In this document: piece after piece, positions 17,836 through 27,507 of the stretch
Numbering within the stretch: position 1 is the stretch's first letter
How the letters are laid out: each line of letters opens with the position of its first letter
From: a virus
Lineage: Duplodnaviria > Caudoviricetes
DNA length: 62,992 nucleotides
Virus record (IMG/VR): IMGVR_UViG_3300017700_000894
Coordinates: 1-62,992 of that record
Strand: one strand, 5' to 3'
The notes under the pieces: model-generated
What the model saw: the letters and a program-made list of their open reading frames with translations, nothing else
What the model was told of the DNA's origin: nothing
Databases searched by the model: none
Position numbers and translations under genes: made by a program

Positions 17836-18243
17836 ATGAAACTCACTCACCTAATCGTTGCCGCCATCGCCGCGCTTGCCGTGTCCTGCGGTTCACTCAC
17901 GTTCCAGCCTGCCCGCGATGGCATCCCACTGGGCACCGTTGCCACCGTCGCTTACTTGCAGCAGGTGCCCGAAGCCAAACGGCCGGCAGCGGCTGCACGC
18001 GTGCGCGAGGCTGCCACCAAAATCCAATTGGTGGCGCTGTCGGAAAACCCGACCGCCGAAGCGCTGAAGGCGGCAATGGATTCTTCCGGGGCCGATCCAG
18101 CATGGAAAGCGCTCACCGCGGCGCTGATTGACGCCTACCAGCCCCAGCTTGCCGGGGCCAGCGAAAGCGAATTGAAGGTTTCACTGGTTGCAATTTCGGA
18201 GGGCATGCTTAGAACAGCGGCACTCTATGAATCCAGTAAATGA
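17836..18243 (+). CDS. Lipoprotein
   Basis: MKLTHLIVAAIAALAVS-C lipobox; one of only two plus-strand genes. Confidence 0.75.
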   Translation: MKLTHLIVAAIAALAVSCGSLTFQPARDGIPLGTVATVAYLQQVPEAKRPAAAARVREAATKIQLVALSENPTAEALKAAMDSSGADPAWKALTAALIDAYQPQLAGASESELKVSLVAISEGMLRTAALYESSK

Positions 18244-18547
18244 CCACGAAGACGGCACTGCCGTCGTTTTTGATACGCTCCCGGTGCTGCAATTGACGAA
18301 GCGGGAGGCAATGGCAATCGGTTACGTGCACGCCTGGGCGTGCAGTTTGTTAGATCGGGGAATCGATCCCCGGAAGGAAGCGGTGCCAGCGCTGGCCGAT
18401 CAGGTGATGCTTGCGCTGAAGAATGAACCGCACCCGAAGCCACCGCGGGATTTGCCCCTGATCATCGCTCTAATCTTCGGCATGATGCTGGGCGGCCTGG
18501 GCTCGCTGGCGCTTTGGATCATGTCCTGGGCACCTTACGTTCGCTAA
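18227..18547 (+). CDS. Membrane protein with C-terminal TM helix
   Basis: Overlaps the lipoprotein gene; LIIALIFGMMLGGLGSLALWIM. Confidence 0.6.
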   Translation: MNPVNDHEDGTAVVFDTLPVLQLTKREAMAIGYVHAWACSLLDRGIDPRKEAVPALADQVMLALKNEPHPKPPRDLPLIIALIFGMMLGGLGSLALWIMSWAPYVR

Positions 18548-18912
18548 CGCCGGCCGCGGTGGTCGGTTGCTTCCTGGGATTTCACTTCTTCGACGGTCAG
18601 CGCGTTCATGCGCACCGTTTGGGGGCCCGCCAGCCCGTCGACTTCGATTGAAGGGTGGATTTCCTTCTGCTTGGCCTGCATCGTTTCCACGCCATCGGCC
18701 TGCACATTCAGCGCCCACCCGTTCAGGATGGCGGCCAGCAGCGTCGACGCGAAGGCGGAAAAGCCGGCTTGCTGGGCCAGTGTCAATTTCAGCCCGATGT
18801 GATCGGCGGCCTGAAGAAGCAGGAAGATCACCCCACCGATGAAGGCCGGGAAAAGGGAAGCACGATCACGAATGATCGATTTCAGGATTGCCGTGCGGGT
18901 GCTTGGTTTCAC
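18544..18912 (-). CDS. Two-TM holin-like protein
   Basis: Two hydrophobic helices plus VDGLAGPQT (peptidoglycan-binding-like motif). Confidence 0.55.
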   Translation of the reverse strand: MKPSTRTAILKSIIRDRASLFPAFIGGVIFLLLQAADHIGLKLTLAQQAGFSAFASTLLAAILNGWALNVQADGVETMQAKQKEIHPSIEVDGLAGPQTVRMNALTVEEVKSQEATDHRGRR

Positions 18913-18917
18913 CCGGC

Positions 18918-19091
18918 TTACTTGCCAGAACGCCGCCGGCTTGCAATCGGGTTTTTCCCCGTGTCCCGGATGTCGGCTTCTATTCCCACCGTGGCTTCCC
19001 CATAACCCACGGTAAACCGCACCCGGCTGAATGGAGAGTTTGCGCAGCTGGTGCAGGCCAGCATGGCAAGGGCGGCAAGGATCGGCTTCAT
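18918..19091 (-). CDS. Small lipoprotein (o-spanin-like; absent from the ORF track)
   Basis: MKPILAALAMLACTSCANSPF...; 57 aa; ATGA overlap. Confidence 0.6.
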   Translation of the reverse strand: MKPILAALAMLACTSCANSPFSRVRFTVGYGEATVGIEADIRDTGKNPIASRRRSGK

Positions 19092-19573
19092 GGTGCCTTC
19101 TCTTCATCCACCTTCAGCTTCGCGTCAATCGCGCGAACGTCCCCCATCACTTCATGCAGCAGGGCATCCCGCTTTTCGTCCCGCGCATCCCACCGGCTTT
19201 GCACCGCTTCGATTCGCAGGTGCGCTTCCTTCGCCATCCCTTCGGCAATCTGAATGTTTCGCCCGAAGTAGGCGTTTGCCCACAAGGCCAGCCCGCCGGC
19301 CATTGACATCCCCAGGCCGCCGATCCCGATCAGGATCGTGCAAACCCCGACAAAGGCGGAAACGATCAGCCCCCAGGGTGGTGGTTTGGTGGTCGCCGTG
19401 TCGATCTTCAGCGCCAAACGGTTCAGGTGGCCTTCCACCTGTTCGAAACCGTGCGCTTGCCGTCGCCCGTGTTCCTTCAGTTCAGTTTCCAGCGTGTCCA
19501 TGCGCAGTTCCACGCTGGACATTCGAACCGCCCAGTTCGGGGCTTCGTCTTGCTTTCGGCTTGGGGTTGCCAT
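19088..19573 (-). CDS. Coiled-coil/TM membrane protein (lysis-associated)
   Basis: Coiled coil, central hydrophobic stretch, coiled coil. Confidence 0.6.
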   Translation of the reverse strand: MATPSRKQDEAPNWAVRMSSVELRMDTLETELKEHGRRQAHGFEQVEGHLNRLALKIDTATTKPPPWGLIVSAFVGVCTILIGIGGLGMSMAGGLALWANAYFGRNIQIAEGMAKEAHLRIEAVQSRWDARDEKRDALLHEVMGDVRAIDAKLKVDEEKAP

Positions 19574-19614
19574 CGCGGAAAATAACGAGCGGCGGCGGGA
19601 TCGCAATAGGGTGC

Positions 19615-20520
19615 TCATGGTGTTGTCGTCGTTACGGTCAAAGCGTCCTGTCCAGATTCCCTTAAAAGGGCGAATTCTAAAACGTGCTCATAGGTGCCCC
19701 GGGCCACCAGCTGGCGTTCGCCGGCTTCGCAAATGCAGCGCGGCAGCGTCAGCGTCCGCACCTTTGCCCCGGCGGTGATGGTCAGCGTGATGGCACGTTC
19801 GAAGGTTTCCCCCATCATCATGCTGGCGAAGTCGGCCGCGGTCGTCCGCACGGCAATGCGCCCCACCACGTCGGGGGTCAGTGATCCCTTCCAGTTTCGC
19901 GCCACGCCGGCCAGCGTGTAATTTGCCGCCCGAAGGTCGCGACTCACACTCAGCGCGGCACTGAAGACTGGCCCGGCTTCCCCGTCGAAGTCCACGGTGG
20001 CGTCCAGCGCCCCGGCGTAATTCACCCCGCCGATGTCGGTCGTGGTCCATGCGTCGTGGTCGTCGATCAGTTGCCGCCCTTCCCATTCGGTGAAGCAGGT
20101 CACCATCCGCCCCCGTTCGATCACCAGTTGCGCTTGCACCAGTGCCGCTTCCCGCAGTTCCAGGTTGCCACCTTCCACCGGCAGCAGTGCGAAGTCGAAG
20201 CGGCGCACGTCCGAAGGCCGCCCCACCTTCCACGTCCTGGTCCCCGCCACGTCGGTGCCGCGGCCTGGGTCACCTAGCGCGTCGAACATCAGTTCGCAGT
20301 TCTCACCGTCGGAAACATCGAAGGCCACCGCCAAGCTTTTGCCGCTCAGAATCGGCTGGTTTGCCGCAGTGCTTCGCCATGGGTCCCGCACCATGATGCC
20401 GGTCAGCGCCCGCCGCGCCAGCTTCACCAGCGAAGTGGTCATGGCATAGGTGCCAGTCATCAGGCCGGCCGGGCCAGTCCCCTGCCGCACTTCGATGGCA
20501 CTGCGGAAATTTTCACTCAT
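19615..20520 (-). CDS. Tail-tube-fold-like protein (second copy)
   Basis: C-terminal LTLPRC...LEFALLR pattern parallels the C-terminus of 36763-38298. Confidence 0.5.
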   Translation of the reverse strand: MSENFRSAIEVRQGTGPAGLMTGTYAMTTSLVKLARRALTGIMVRDPWRSTAANQPILSGKSLAVAFDVSDGENCELMFDALGDPGRGTDVAGTRTWKVGRPSDVRRFDFALLPVEGGNLELREAALVQAQLVIERGRMVTCFTEWEGRQLIDDHDAWTTTDIGGVNYAGALDATVDFDGEAGPVFSAALSVSRDLRAANYTLAGVARNWKGSLTPDVVGRIAVRTTAADFASMMMGETFERAITLTITAGAKVRTLTLPRCICEAGERQLVARGTYEHVLEFALLRESGQDALTVTTTTP

Positions 20521-22049
20521 AGCGAGAGCGCCCACTTGTTGGCGAGCAATTTACAAATGGCGTCAACGTCGCCTTCTTCCTGGGCTTGGTTGCACATGAT
20601 CACTTCGTGAATGTCCCCGATGTATTGCCGGCCGAAGGTCGGGTTGCCGCCGAAGTTCAGTTGCCGGGCGGCGGTCGTGAAGGTGGTCGCCCCGGCGGTC
20701 CCTCGCGCAATCGCCCGCCGGCCGTTTCGCATACTCCACGCCGTGCCGTTCTTATTGAACGCAACCACCATTCGCCCTTGCCCGCGCCACGCCGCCGCAC
20801 CGCCTGGTCCAAGCGCTTCGACGGTGCCGGCGCTGGTCTGGTAATATGCGCAAGTGAAGCTGTCGTTTGAATCGTAGCGGGCCAGCACGAAGTTTTGCCC
20901 GCTGGGCGTGGTGTGCGTGTGATCGATGACGGCAGCATAAGCAGCCCCCGGCACCCCCAGCCCCAGCACCGCGAAAACGCTCCAATTGGTGGAAGCGCTG
21001 AATGGCTGCACCAGCCCGGTGGCGGCATTCGTCCGATGGTAGCCCGCCGCATAACGCACCCCAGGGCATCCGTTCTTTGCCTGATATGTCGGGGTTGTGC
21101 CGCTCACCGTGTCCATCGTGTAAGATGAACCGCCCACCACTGCCGCCCATGGGTTCACGTTTGCCCCGACCGAAAGCCCCAGGCTGGAAGCGTCCCACTG
21201 GGCCACCGTGCCGGGGATTTCGATCGATGAATACTTGTAGGCCAATCGCCACTTGGCGGCCAGTTCTTCCCGCTCTTCCCGCAGTTGCGTTTCAGTCAGC
21301 GCCCGGTTGTAAAGTCGCAGCTCGGCAACGTCCATTCGCGAGCCGGTATTGACCGGGGTGGAATTTCGGTTGTCGTGCCCCAGGATCGCATACCCCTTGC
21401 CCCCCACCAGCCCGCCGGTCTTTCCGGTGCCGCTGCCCAGCAGCACCCCGTCCCGATAGTAAAGCATCGTCTCCGCGTATCTCACCAGCTGATAAACGCA
21501 CCAGTCAGGATCGCGAGTGATCGCGAACGAAAGCCGGGTGCCGGCACCCCCGCCTGGGCCATGGTCGAAATATGCGGTGGTGTTCTGGGCCATGTAAAAG
21601 CCCATGCCGCCGTTCGTGATGTCGCTCAGGAAGCATCCGCCCCCGCTGGTCTGGTTCGTGTGCCGGGCAAGGAAGGTCAGGGTGCCGCACCGCTGCCCCA
21701 CCACTTCCATCGTGTTCAGGTCGTCGCAGGTCAGGAATGCCCCATCCGTGAAATCGGCCACCGCCAGATTATTTTGCGCCCGCAGGCGGCAAAGCGGTCG
21801 ATATGTCGTGTTCGCCAGTTGCCGGAAAATGCGCCCGCCGGCTTTGTCCTGCCATCGGTCGAACGCTCCCGAAATCTTCAGGTCTGAAGAGTCCAGCCAA
21901 AGCGTGCGGGCTGCCGCGTCGCGGTGCAGGTGCCGGGCGTGCGGGTTGCGCTTTGGCACCGCCTGGGCGGTCTTGTTCAGGTCGTCCGGGCGAATGATTC
22001 GGGTCAGCGGCTGGTGAACCTGCCGCGGGATGTGCAGGGCGTGGCGCAT
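20517..22049 (-). CDS. Tail fibre/receptor-binding protein with two LamG/ConA-like domains
   Basis: LWLDSSD/QWDASSL starts, YRDGVL, AELRLYNRALT, GDIHEVI; ...KW ends. Confidence 0.75.
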   Translation of the reverse strand: MRHALHIPRQVHQPLTRIIRPDDLNKTAQAVPKRNPHARHLHRDAAARTLWLDSSDLKISGAFDRWQDKAGGRIFRQLANTTYRPLCRLRAQNNLAVADFTDGAFLTCDDLNTMEVVGQRCGTLTFLARHTNQTSGGGCFLSDITNGGMGFYMAQNTTAYFDHGPGGGAGTRLSFAITRDPDWCVYQLVRYAETMLYYRDGVLLGSGTGKTGGLVGGKGYAILGHDNRNSTPVNTGSRMDVAELRLYNRALTETQLREEREELAAKWRLAYKYSSIEIPGTVAQWDASSLGLSVGANVNPWAAVVGGSSYTMDTVSGTTPTYQAKNGCPGVRYAAGYHRTNAATGLVQPFSASTNWSVFAVLGLGVPGAAYAAVIDHTHTTPSGQNFVLARYDSNDSFTCAYYQTSAGTVEALGPGGAAAWRGQGRMVVAFNKNGTAWSMRNGRRAIARGTAGATTFTTAARQLNFGGNPTFGRQYIGDIHEVIMCNQAQEEGDVDAICKLLANKWALSL

Positions 22050-22054
22050 GGCTT

Positions 22055-22462
22055 TTAGTAGTCGCCACCGTAGGCTTGAACGTGCAGGCCGGCGGCCACC
22101 GTGGTTCCGATGGTCACATAAATGCGATAGCCCGATGGGATTGGAACGTCAAAAATGTATTCGTTTTCCGCCAGTGCCGCGGTTTCCGAAAGGGTGGTGG
22201 CGGCAATCGTGATTTCCCCGATCAGGGTATTGTTCGCCGCGGTCGTCGGGGTGCTGCCGTTGTTTAGGAAGAACCGCAGGCTGGTGGCCACGTTCGATCC
22301 CTTGGCTTTGATCCTTGCCTTTTGCAGGTATGAACCATTCGCCCCGGCGGTGAAAACCAGCACCACCGTGCCGGTTCCGTCCTTTGCCGTGTTGGCGGTT
22401 GCGACTTCCCCGAAGCCCACGTTTGGGACCAGGGTAAAGATTGGTGCGGTGTTGGCGGGCAT
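22055..22462 (-). CDS. Small tail-fibre-associated structural protein
   Basis: ANTAPIF...TANTAKDGTGT...GGDY. Confidence 0.65.
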   Translation of the reverse strand: MPANTAPIFTLVPNVGFGEVATANTAKDGTGTVVLVFTAGANGSYLQKARIKAKGSNVATSLRFFLNNGSTPTTAANNTLIGEITIAATTLSETAALAENEYIFDVPIPSGYRIYVTIGTTVAAGLHVQAYGGDY

Positions 22463-22470
22463 CCCGCCTT

Positions 22471-23787
22471 TTACGTCAAATAATTGCCACCTGCAACCGC
22501 CAGCAGCAATCCAAGGCTGGCAGTCGTCCCGCTGGCCCCGGTCGCGCCCACGTCGCCCACCCGGCTGAAGTTCACCGAAACGTCGGCATTGTTGGCAATC
22601 GTGCCCCCGCTGGCGACGTGCACCACCGTGAAGGTGTCATATGTCCCGGCGTCGGTGATCGTCCCCGTGATATTGAAAAACGCGTAATTGGCAGGGTTCG
22701 CCTTGTCGATCACCGACACCAGCCCCTTCACCGTGCTGGTCGAATCATCCCAGGCGGCCAGCACCCCGGCCAGCGCGGCGGTGTCGTCGGCAGTTTCGCA
22801 AATGTTCAGCGCGGTGGCACTGGCAATCGTCGCATTGTTGAAGAGAAGTTTTCCCGTCCCCGGATCGCCGCTGGTCGCCGTGTTGAATTTGTAATTGTAG
22901 CCCCCGGCCGCCCCTGGGGCACCGGTTGCCCCGGCCGCCCCGGCATCCCCCGCCCGGGTGAATTCCACCCGCACCGCCATGCCGTTGGTCAGCGTGCCGC
23001 CGCTGGCAATGTGGGTGGCGCTGAAGGTGTCATAAGTCCCCGAATCGGTGATGGTGCCGGTGATGTCGAAGAAGGCGAAGTTGCTGGGCAGCGCTTCGTC
23101 TTGAATCTTCAGGGTGCCTTTCACCGTGCCGGTGGCGTCATCCCAGGCGGCAATGAAGGCGGCCAGCCCGTTGCCGTCGTCGTCGGTTTCGGAAATGTTC
23201 AAGGCGGTGGCGCTGGCCACCGTGGCGTTGTTCAGCAGGATTTGCCCCGTGCCGGGGTCGCCACTGGTCGCCGTGTTGAAGACATAGGCGGCACCCGAAG
23301 CCCCGCCCCCGCCCCCACCGCTGCCCGCGCCAGCGGTCACCCAAACGTCGGCGTCGGTCGTGCCGGCGCTGATCAGTTCCACGATCAGGAAGGCATTCGC
23401 ATCGATCGACAAAATCGGGCTGCCCACCCAGTTCACCCCGGCCGGCCACGCCAGCGTGCGGGGGGTGGCGTCGGCGGCAATCAGCAGGCGCACCGGCCGG
23501 CCGGCCGCCAGATTGCTGAAGCTGAAGGTGGCATCCCCGGTCAGGCTGATCACCTGGGCGGCCTTCCCGGTGAAGGAAACCGCAGGCGTTGCCGAATATG
23601 CGATGGTGTCCACCCCAGGGGCGTGCCCCCGAAGCACCCGGTGCAGCAGCCCATAAACCGTTTCGCCCGATGAAGTGGCGGGGTCCAGGATCAGTTCGAT
23701 CCCCAGGAAGTTTTCCAGGATCAGCGCGCCAATGTTCGGCGTGCCGGCTTCGAAGGTGGTCAGGCGGGTGTTCGTCAGCGTTGCCAT
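22471..23787 (-). CDS. Tail fibre protein with duplicated domain and collagen-like linkers
   Basis: LTGDATFSFSN...WPAGVNW; two ~125-aa repeats; GxxGxxG linkers. Confidence 0.75.
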   Translation of the reverse strand: MATLTNTRLTTFEAGTPNIGALILENFLGIELILDPATSSGETVYGLLHRVLRGHAPGVDTIAYSATPAVSFTGKAAQVISLTGDATFSFSNLAAGRPVRLLIAADATPRTLAWPAGVNWVGSPILSIDANAFLIVELISAGTTDADVWVTAGAGSGGGGGGASGAAYVFNTATSGDPGTGQILLNNATVASATALNISETDDDGNGLAAFIAAWDDATGTVKGTLKIQDEALPSNFAFFDITGTITDSGTYDTFSATHIASGGTLTNGMAVRVEFTRAGDAGAAGATGAPGAAGGYNYKFNTATSGDPGTGKLLFNNATIASATALNICETADDTAALAGVLAAWDDSTSTVKGLVSVIDKANPANYAFFNITGTITDAGTYDTFTVVHVASGGTIANNADVSVNFSRVGDVGATGASGTTASLGLLLAVAGGNYLT

Positions 23788-23800
23788 TCGGCCAGCCTAT

Positions 23801-26800
23801 TCACGGCGGGTCCATTTGCACGGGGAAACCCAGCACCCCGTCGTGCACCGTGTAAAAAATCAGGTGCTCGGTCGTCGCCGGGGCCACGTAGGAAAACGAC
23901 ACCTTGCCGGTGGCAACGGTTTCGCCGTCGTCCTGCACCCAGGTGGGCGTGATCTTCACCGGGGCGGTCAGCAGGTCGGTGTCGCTGGCGTCCTGGGGCA
24001 TCACATACCATTCGTAAAGGTCGGGGATTTCCCCGGTGAAGGTGTTCATGTCCGCGTCCAGGTCAGCGAAGACGTGCGCCCCGCGGTTGTGGAAGCGCGG
24101 GCGGAATTCCACTTCCCAGTTCAGCCCGGCGGTGCCGGTGGTGTCCCAGTCTTCGATTGCCAGCGCCCGGCGTGCCCGGTTCAGAAGCGTGTGGGTCCAG
24201 GTGTATTCCAGGCCTTCCAGCCCTTGCTGGTTGTACGTGATCGCCTTGAATTCCAGCGGCACGTTCAGCGGAAGAAGGTCATAACGGGCAGTAAATGCCC
24301 GCGGGATGAATTCGAAGAACATCACCACCCGGCTGCCGGGGGCGTGCGTCACCCGGGTGCTTCCCTGTTGGCTTCGCAGGTAACCCGTGATTTTAATCTG
24401 ATCGGCGCTGGCCCCGGCTTCGGCCTGGGCGACTTGGAAAATCTCTTCATTGATGATCATCCAGTTTGTCCCGCCCCCCACCATGGCGTCCACGTCGTCG
24501 GCGTCGGTCGGGGCGAGGCTGAAGATTTCGAGCAAAATGGCCCGGTCGTCTTCGTTTTCCAGATTGATCGTCAAATCAAGCGTTTGCCTGGTCAGCGTCG
24601 GCCGGCTCAGGATCGAAAGCGGCGTGGCGAGGGTGCCGAAGTATGCCCAGGGGTTCAGGCTGCCCAGGGAAACGAAGTCGCCCCCGCCCCCGTCTTCGCG
24701 CGCGTAAAGGTTCAGGCCTTGAATCCGCCCGCTGTCGCGCTGGCAGAAGATGGCGAAAAACTTGTCGGCGTCGGTCAGGAAGATCGGCAGTTCCACCACT
24801 TGGAAAAGCAGGTTGCCTTGGTCGAAAGCGTCGTCGCGGTCTTCGCCCAGATAAATGTCGTCGTCGTCGTTCGTCACCCCGCCTTCGTAGGCGGCAACCG
24901 GGGCTTCGAAGGTTTCGGCAATCCCCTGCACTGGGGTCATGTAAACGTCTTCGATCAGCGTCACCGTGATCCCGTCTTCGTCCTGGTCCCCGTCGCTGAT
25001 TTCGGCAACCCGCCAATAAGTCGTGGTGGGTCCACTGCTCCATTCGGTCCACACGAATTCCACAAACTGCCCCGGTTCCATCCGCTTTTCGAAGTGGTTC
25101 ATATTGAACCGAAGCGTTCCTTGCGGGTATGCCATTTGTTGCAGCAGCATGGCACACATGCGGTCAGCGGTGTCCCGGTTGCTGAAGGCCGGCATGGAAA
25201 GCTTTTGGGAATTGATGCGCTGGACGGTGGCAAGGTTCCCGTCGTCGTGCTGCACCACCACTTCGGCTTGGTAGTTGTTCAGGCGGTTCTGGAATTCACA
25301 CCGCAGTTCATTGATCGTGTTCACCCAGCCCGGCCGGCTCATTTGCGGATCGGTCACGTTCTCCGAAGTGATTCGAATCCGCGGCGTGTATGCTGCCGAC
25401 CGATCCAGCAGGCAAAGGCACCGCAGGGTGCCGGCCACCGCCACCACCAGCGTGCTGCAATGGTTGCGGATGATTTCCACCGCGTCGGAAACCACGTTTT
25501 GGGTTTCCAGGGTGAATGACATCCCGATATTGTTGGCTTCGAAATATTGGGCAGCCACCCGGAAGGATTCAATGTCGATGTCGTTCGGGCTCATGCCCCG
25601 CCCCCACCGGTTGTTCGTGAAAATCTCGTAAAGTGCTGCCGCCGGGTTGGCGTCGTAATAGCATGGATGCGTCACCCTCGCCAGCCCCAGGGTGGTCACC
25701 GTCCCCGGGTTGCCCAGCGCGAAGCTGAAGGTGTTGGTGGCCACCGCGGTGATCGTTCGCCGGCCGTTCAGGTAGGCCGGGGCAAATCCTTCGATCAGCA
25801 CCTTTTCGCCCACCGTGATCCCGTGCCCGGCGGAAGTCATCGTGACCACGCCGGCCGCCCAGGTCACCAGCGTCACCGTCTTGGTCGCCCCGGCGGTCGC
25901 GCCCCGCACCGGGAAGTCGGCCAGCGGATCGCCGGCAGCGTCCAGGCACACCGGGAAGCGGGTCACTTCGAAGCTGTACGAAAGCGGCGCGGGGCTGGTG
26001 CCGATCTTGTAGTTTGTGAACATCGCAAACGCCACCCCGCGATAATTTGACCAGTCTTCCTTGTAAACGTCCCCGGTTTCCCGGGTCTGGTCCAGGTGCC
26101 CAGGATAGAAGCGCACGCTGCCGCCGTCGCTGGCCCCGCGGGCGGTGAAGGCGTAGGAATTCGCGGTGGTGTTCGGCGTCGTGCTGTTCTCGATCACGAT
26201 CCCTTCGCCAGGGTAGGATCGCACCCGTTCCAGGCGGTCCACCGGCCCCATGCAAATGCCCAGTTCGAAGCTTAAAAAATACTCATAGCCCACCACGTAT
26301 TCGTCATAGCGAATCGGCAGCTTTCGCTTCCCCGCCTGATCCCGTTGCAGCAGGATCGAAGCGTAATTGTTCACCTTCTCATCGTTCGAAAGGGTCATCG
26401 ATGGCGGGGGTGACGGGGCTGCCCCCTTGCCGCCGGCCGCGCTTTGCTGGGCGGCGCTTTCGCTGTCCAGCTTTTGTTCCACCTTCGACGGGTTCCGCTT
26501 GTAGGCACGCTGGGCTTCTTCCAGCGCCACCGCCCCGGGGTCGCGCTGCACCCGTTCGATGATCGGCACACTGCGGAAGCTGCTCTTGTCATAGCGAAGG
26601 TAATTCGTCCCGACTCGCTGGGTGCCGAAAACCACCGGGATGGCAATCGCTTCTGAAGCGCTGGCAATCTGCATTCCCTGGGCAGCCGCATTCTGCCGGT
26701 TGTCGCTGTTGCCACCCCCGAAGGCCGCGCCCCCCATCCCTTTGATGTTCCCCAGGTTCGGCCGGGCAAACATCGCGTTCAGCACCGTGGCGGTCACGCT

Positions 26801-26914
26801 GAAGGTTGCCATGGCTGGCAAGAACCACGCCAGCCCCATGCCCGCGGTTGCGAATCCCACCACCACCGCCCCGACGGCGGCAATTCCATAATTCACCCAG
26901 GTGTTGCTGCTCAT
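23801..26914 (-). CDS. Central tail/host-specificity protein (Phage-tail_3/J-like)
   Basis: IPVVFGT, GICMGPV, YRGVA, DANPAAALYEI...WGRG; follows NlpC/P60. Confidence 0.85.
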   Translation of the reverse strand: MSSNTWVNYGIAAVGAVVVGFATAGMGLAWFLPAMATFSVTATVLNAMFARPNLGNIKGMGGAAFGGGNSDNRQNAAAQGMQIASASEAIAIPVVFGTQRVGTNYLRYDKSSFRSVPIIERVQRDPGAVALEEAQRAYKRNPSKVEQKLDSESAAQQSAAGGKGAAPSPPPSMTLSNDEKVNNYASILLQRDQAGKRKLPIRYDEYVVGYEYFLSFELGICMGPVDRLERVRSYPGEGIVIENSTTPNTTANSYAFTARGASDGGSVRFYPGHLDQTRETGDVYKEDWSNYRGVAFAMFTNYKIGTSPAPLSYSFEVTRFPVCLDAAGDPLADFPVRGATAGATKTVTLVTWAAGVVTMTSAGHGITVGEKVLIEGFAPAYLNGRRTITAVATNTFSFALGNPGTVTTLGLARVTHPCYYDANPAAALYEIFTNNRWGRGMSPNDIDIESFRVAAQYFEANNIGMSFTLETQNVVSDAVEIIRNHCSTLVVAVAGTLRCLCLLDRSAAYTPRIRITSENVTDPQMSRPGWVNTINELRCEFQNRLNNYQAEVVVQHDDGNLATVQRINSQKLSMPAFSNRDTADRMCAMLLQQMAYPQGTLRFNMNHFEKRMEPGQFVEFVWTEWSSGPTTTYWRVAEISDGDQDEDGITVTLIEDVYMTPVQGIAETFEAPVAAYEGGVTNDDDDIYLGEDRDDAFDQGNLLFQVVELPIFLTDADKFFAIFCQRDSGRIQGLNLYAREDGGGGDFVSLGSLNPWAYFGTLATPLSILSRPTLTRQTLDLTINLENEDDRAILLEIFSLAPTDADDVDAMVGGGTNWMIINEEIFQVAQAEAGASADQIKITGYLRSQQGSTRVTHAPGSRVVMFFEFIPRAFTARYDLLPLNVPLEFKAITYNQQGLEGLEYTWTHTLLNRARRALAIEDWDTTGTAGLNWEVEFRPRFHNRGAHVFADLDADMNTFTGEIPDLYEWYVMPQDASDTDLLTAPVKITPTWVQDDGETVATGKVSFSYVAPATTEHLIFYTVHDGVLGFPVQMDPP

Positions 26915-27507
26915 GGCGGGCAGTCTGCCATTCCCCGCACCGCTTGCCACGTCAATTTCGACGGGTCAGCTTTGAAGCCCAGGCCGGTCAGTCGAAGAAG
27001 GCTTTGCGTCCGGGGCTTCCAGGCTTCCCAGTCTTCCAGGCTCACGAAGCCCAGCGCTGGAACGTGGCACATTGCCAGCCCGGTTTCCTGCAACCCGATG
27101 ATGATCCCCACGTGGTTGGTTTGCCGTCCGCACCTGCAAATCACGATGTCCCCGAAGGCCGGGGGCAAATTTGCCCCGCACCCCTCCGACACTGTTGGGG
27201 GCACCCGTTTCACGTGCAAATGGGCACAAATTATGTCTTCGATCACGTTCCTTTGGCGTAACGATCCCAGGCGTTCATCGTAGAATGGAAGGGTGGGCTT
27301 CGGGATGATCCCCGCCCCGGTCAGGATCACCATCACAAGATTCACGCAGTCCACCCCTTCCCCCGGCCGGCAAAGTCGGTTCACGTGCCGGGTGCCCAGG
27401 AAGTCGCGCACCGTCATGCGCGCCCGCCCGCGGCGCTCAGGCGTCCAGATCACTTCCGATTCCTGGGCGGTTTCTTCAGCGGTTCGGTGCTCCGGTGCAG
27501 TCTCCAT
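26911..27507 (-). CDS. NlpC/P60 tail peptidase
   Basis: FLGT...GVDCVNLV...GDIV...HVGI...H. Confidence 0.82.
   Translation of the reverse strand: METAPEHRTAEETAQESEVIWTPERRGRARMTVRDFLGTRHVNRLCRPGEGVDCVNLVMVILTGAGIIPKPTLPFYDERLGSLRQRNVIEDIICAHLHVKRVPPTVSEGCGANLPPAFGDIVICRCGRQTNHVGIIIGLQETGLAMCHVPALGFVSLEDWEAWKPRTQSLLRLTGLGFKADPSKLTWQAVRGMADCPP
27162..27195 (-). repeat. Bipartite dispersed element, copy 4 (inverted, inside NlpC/P60)
   Basis: GGGGCAAATTTGCCCC-N8-CCGACACTGT; read in frame as TVSEGCGANLP. Confidence 0.9.

Noticed and set aside
22520-23290. Tail fibre duplication as a diversity-generating retroelement TR/VR pair
   Set aside because: Both copies are in frame in one gene, the differences are not adenine-specific, and no reverse transcriptase was found
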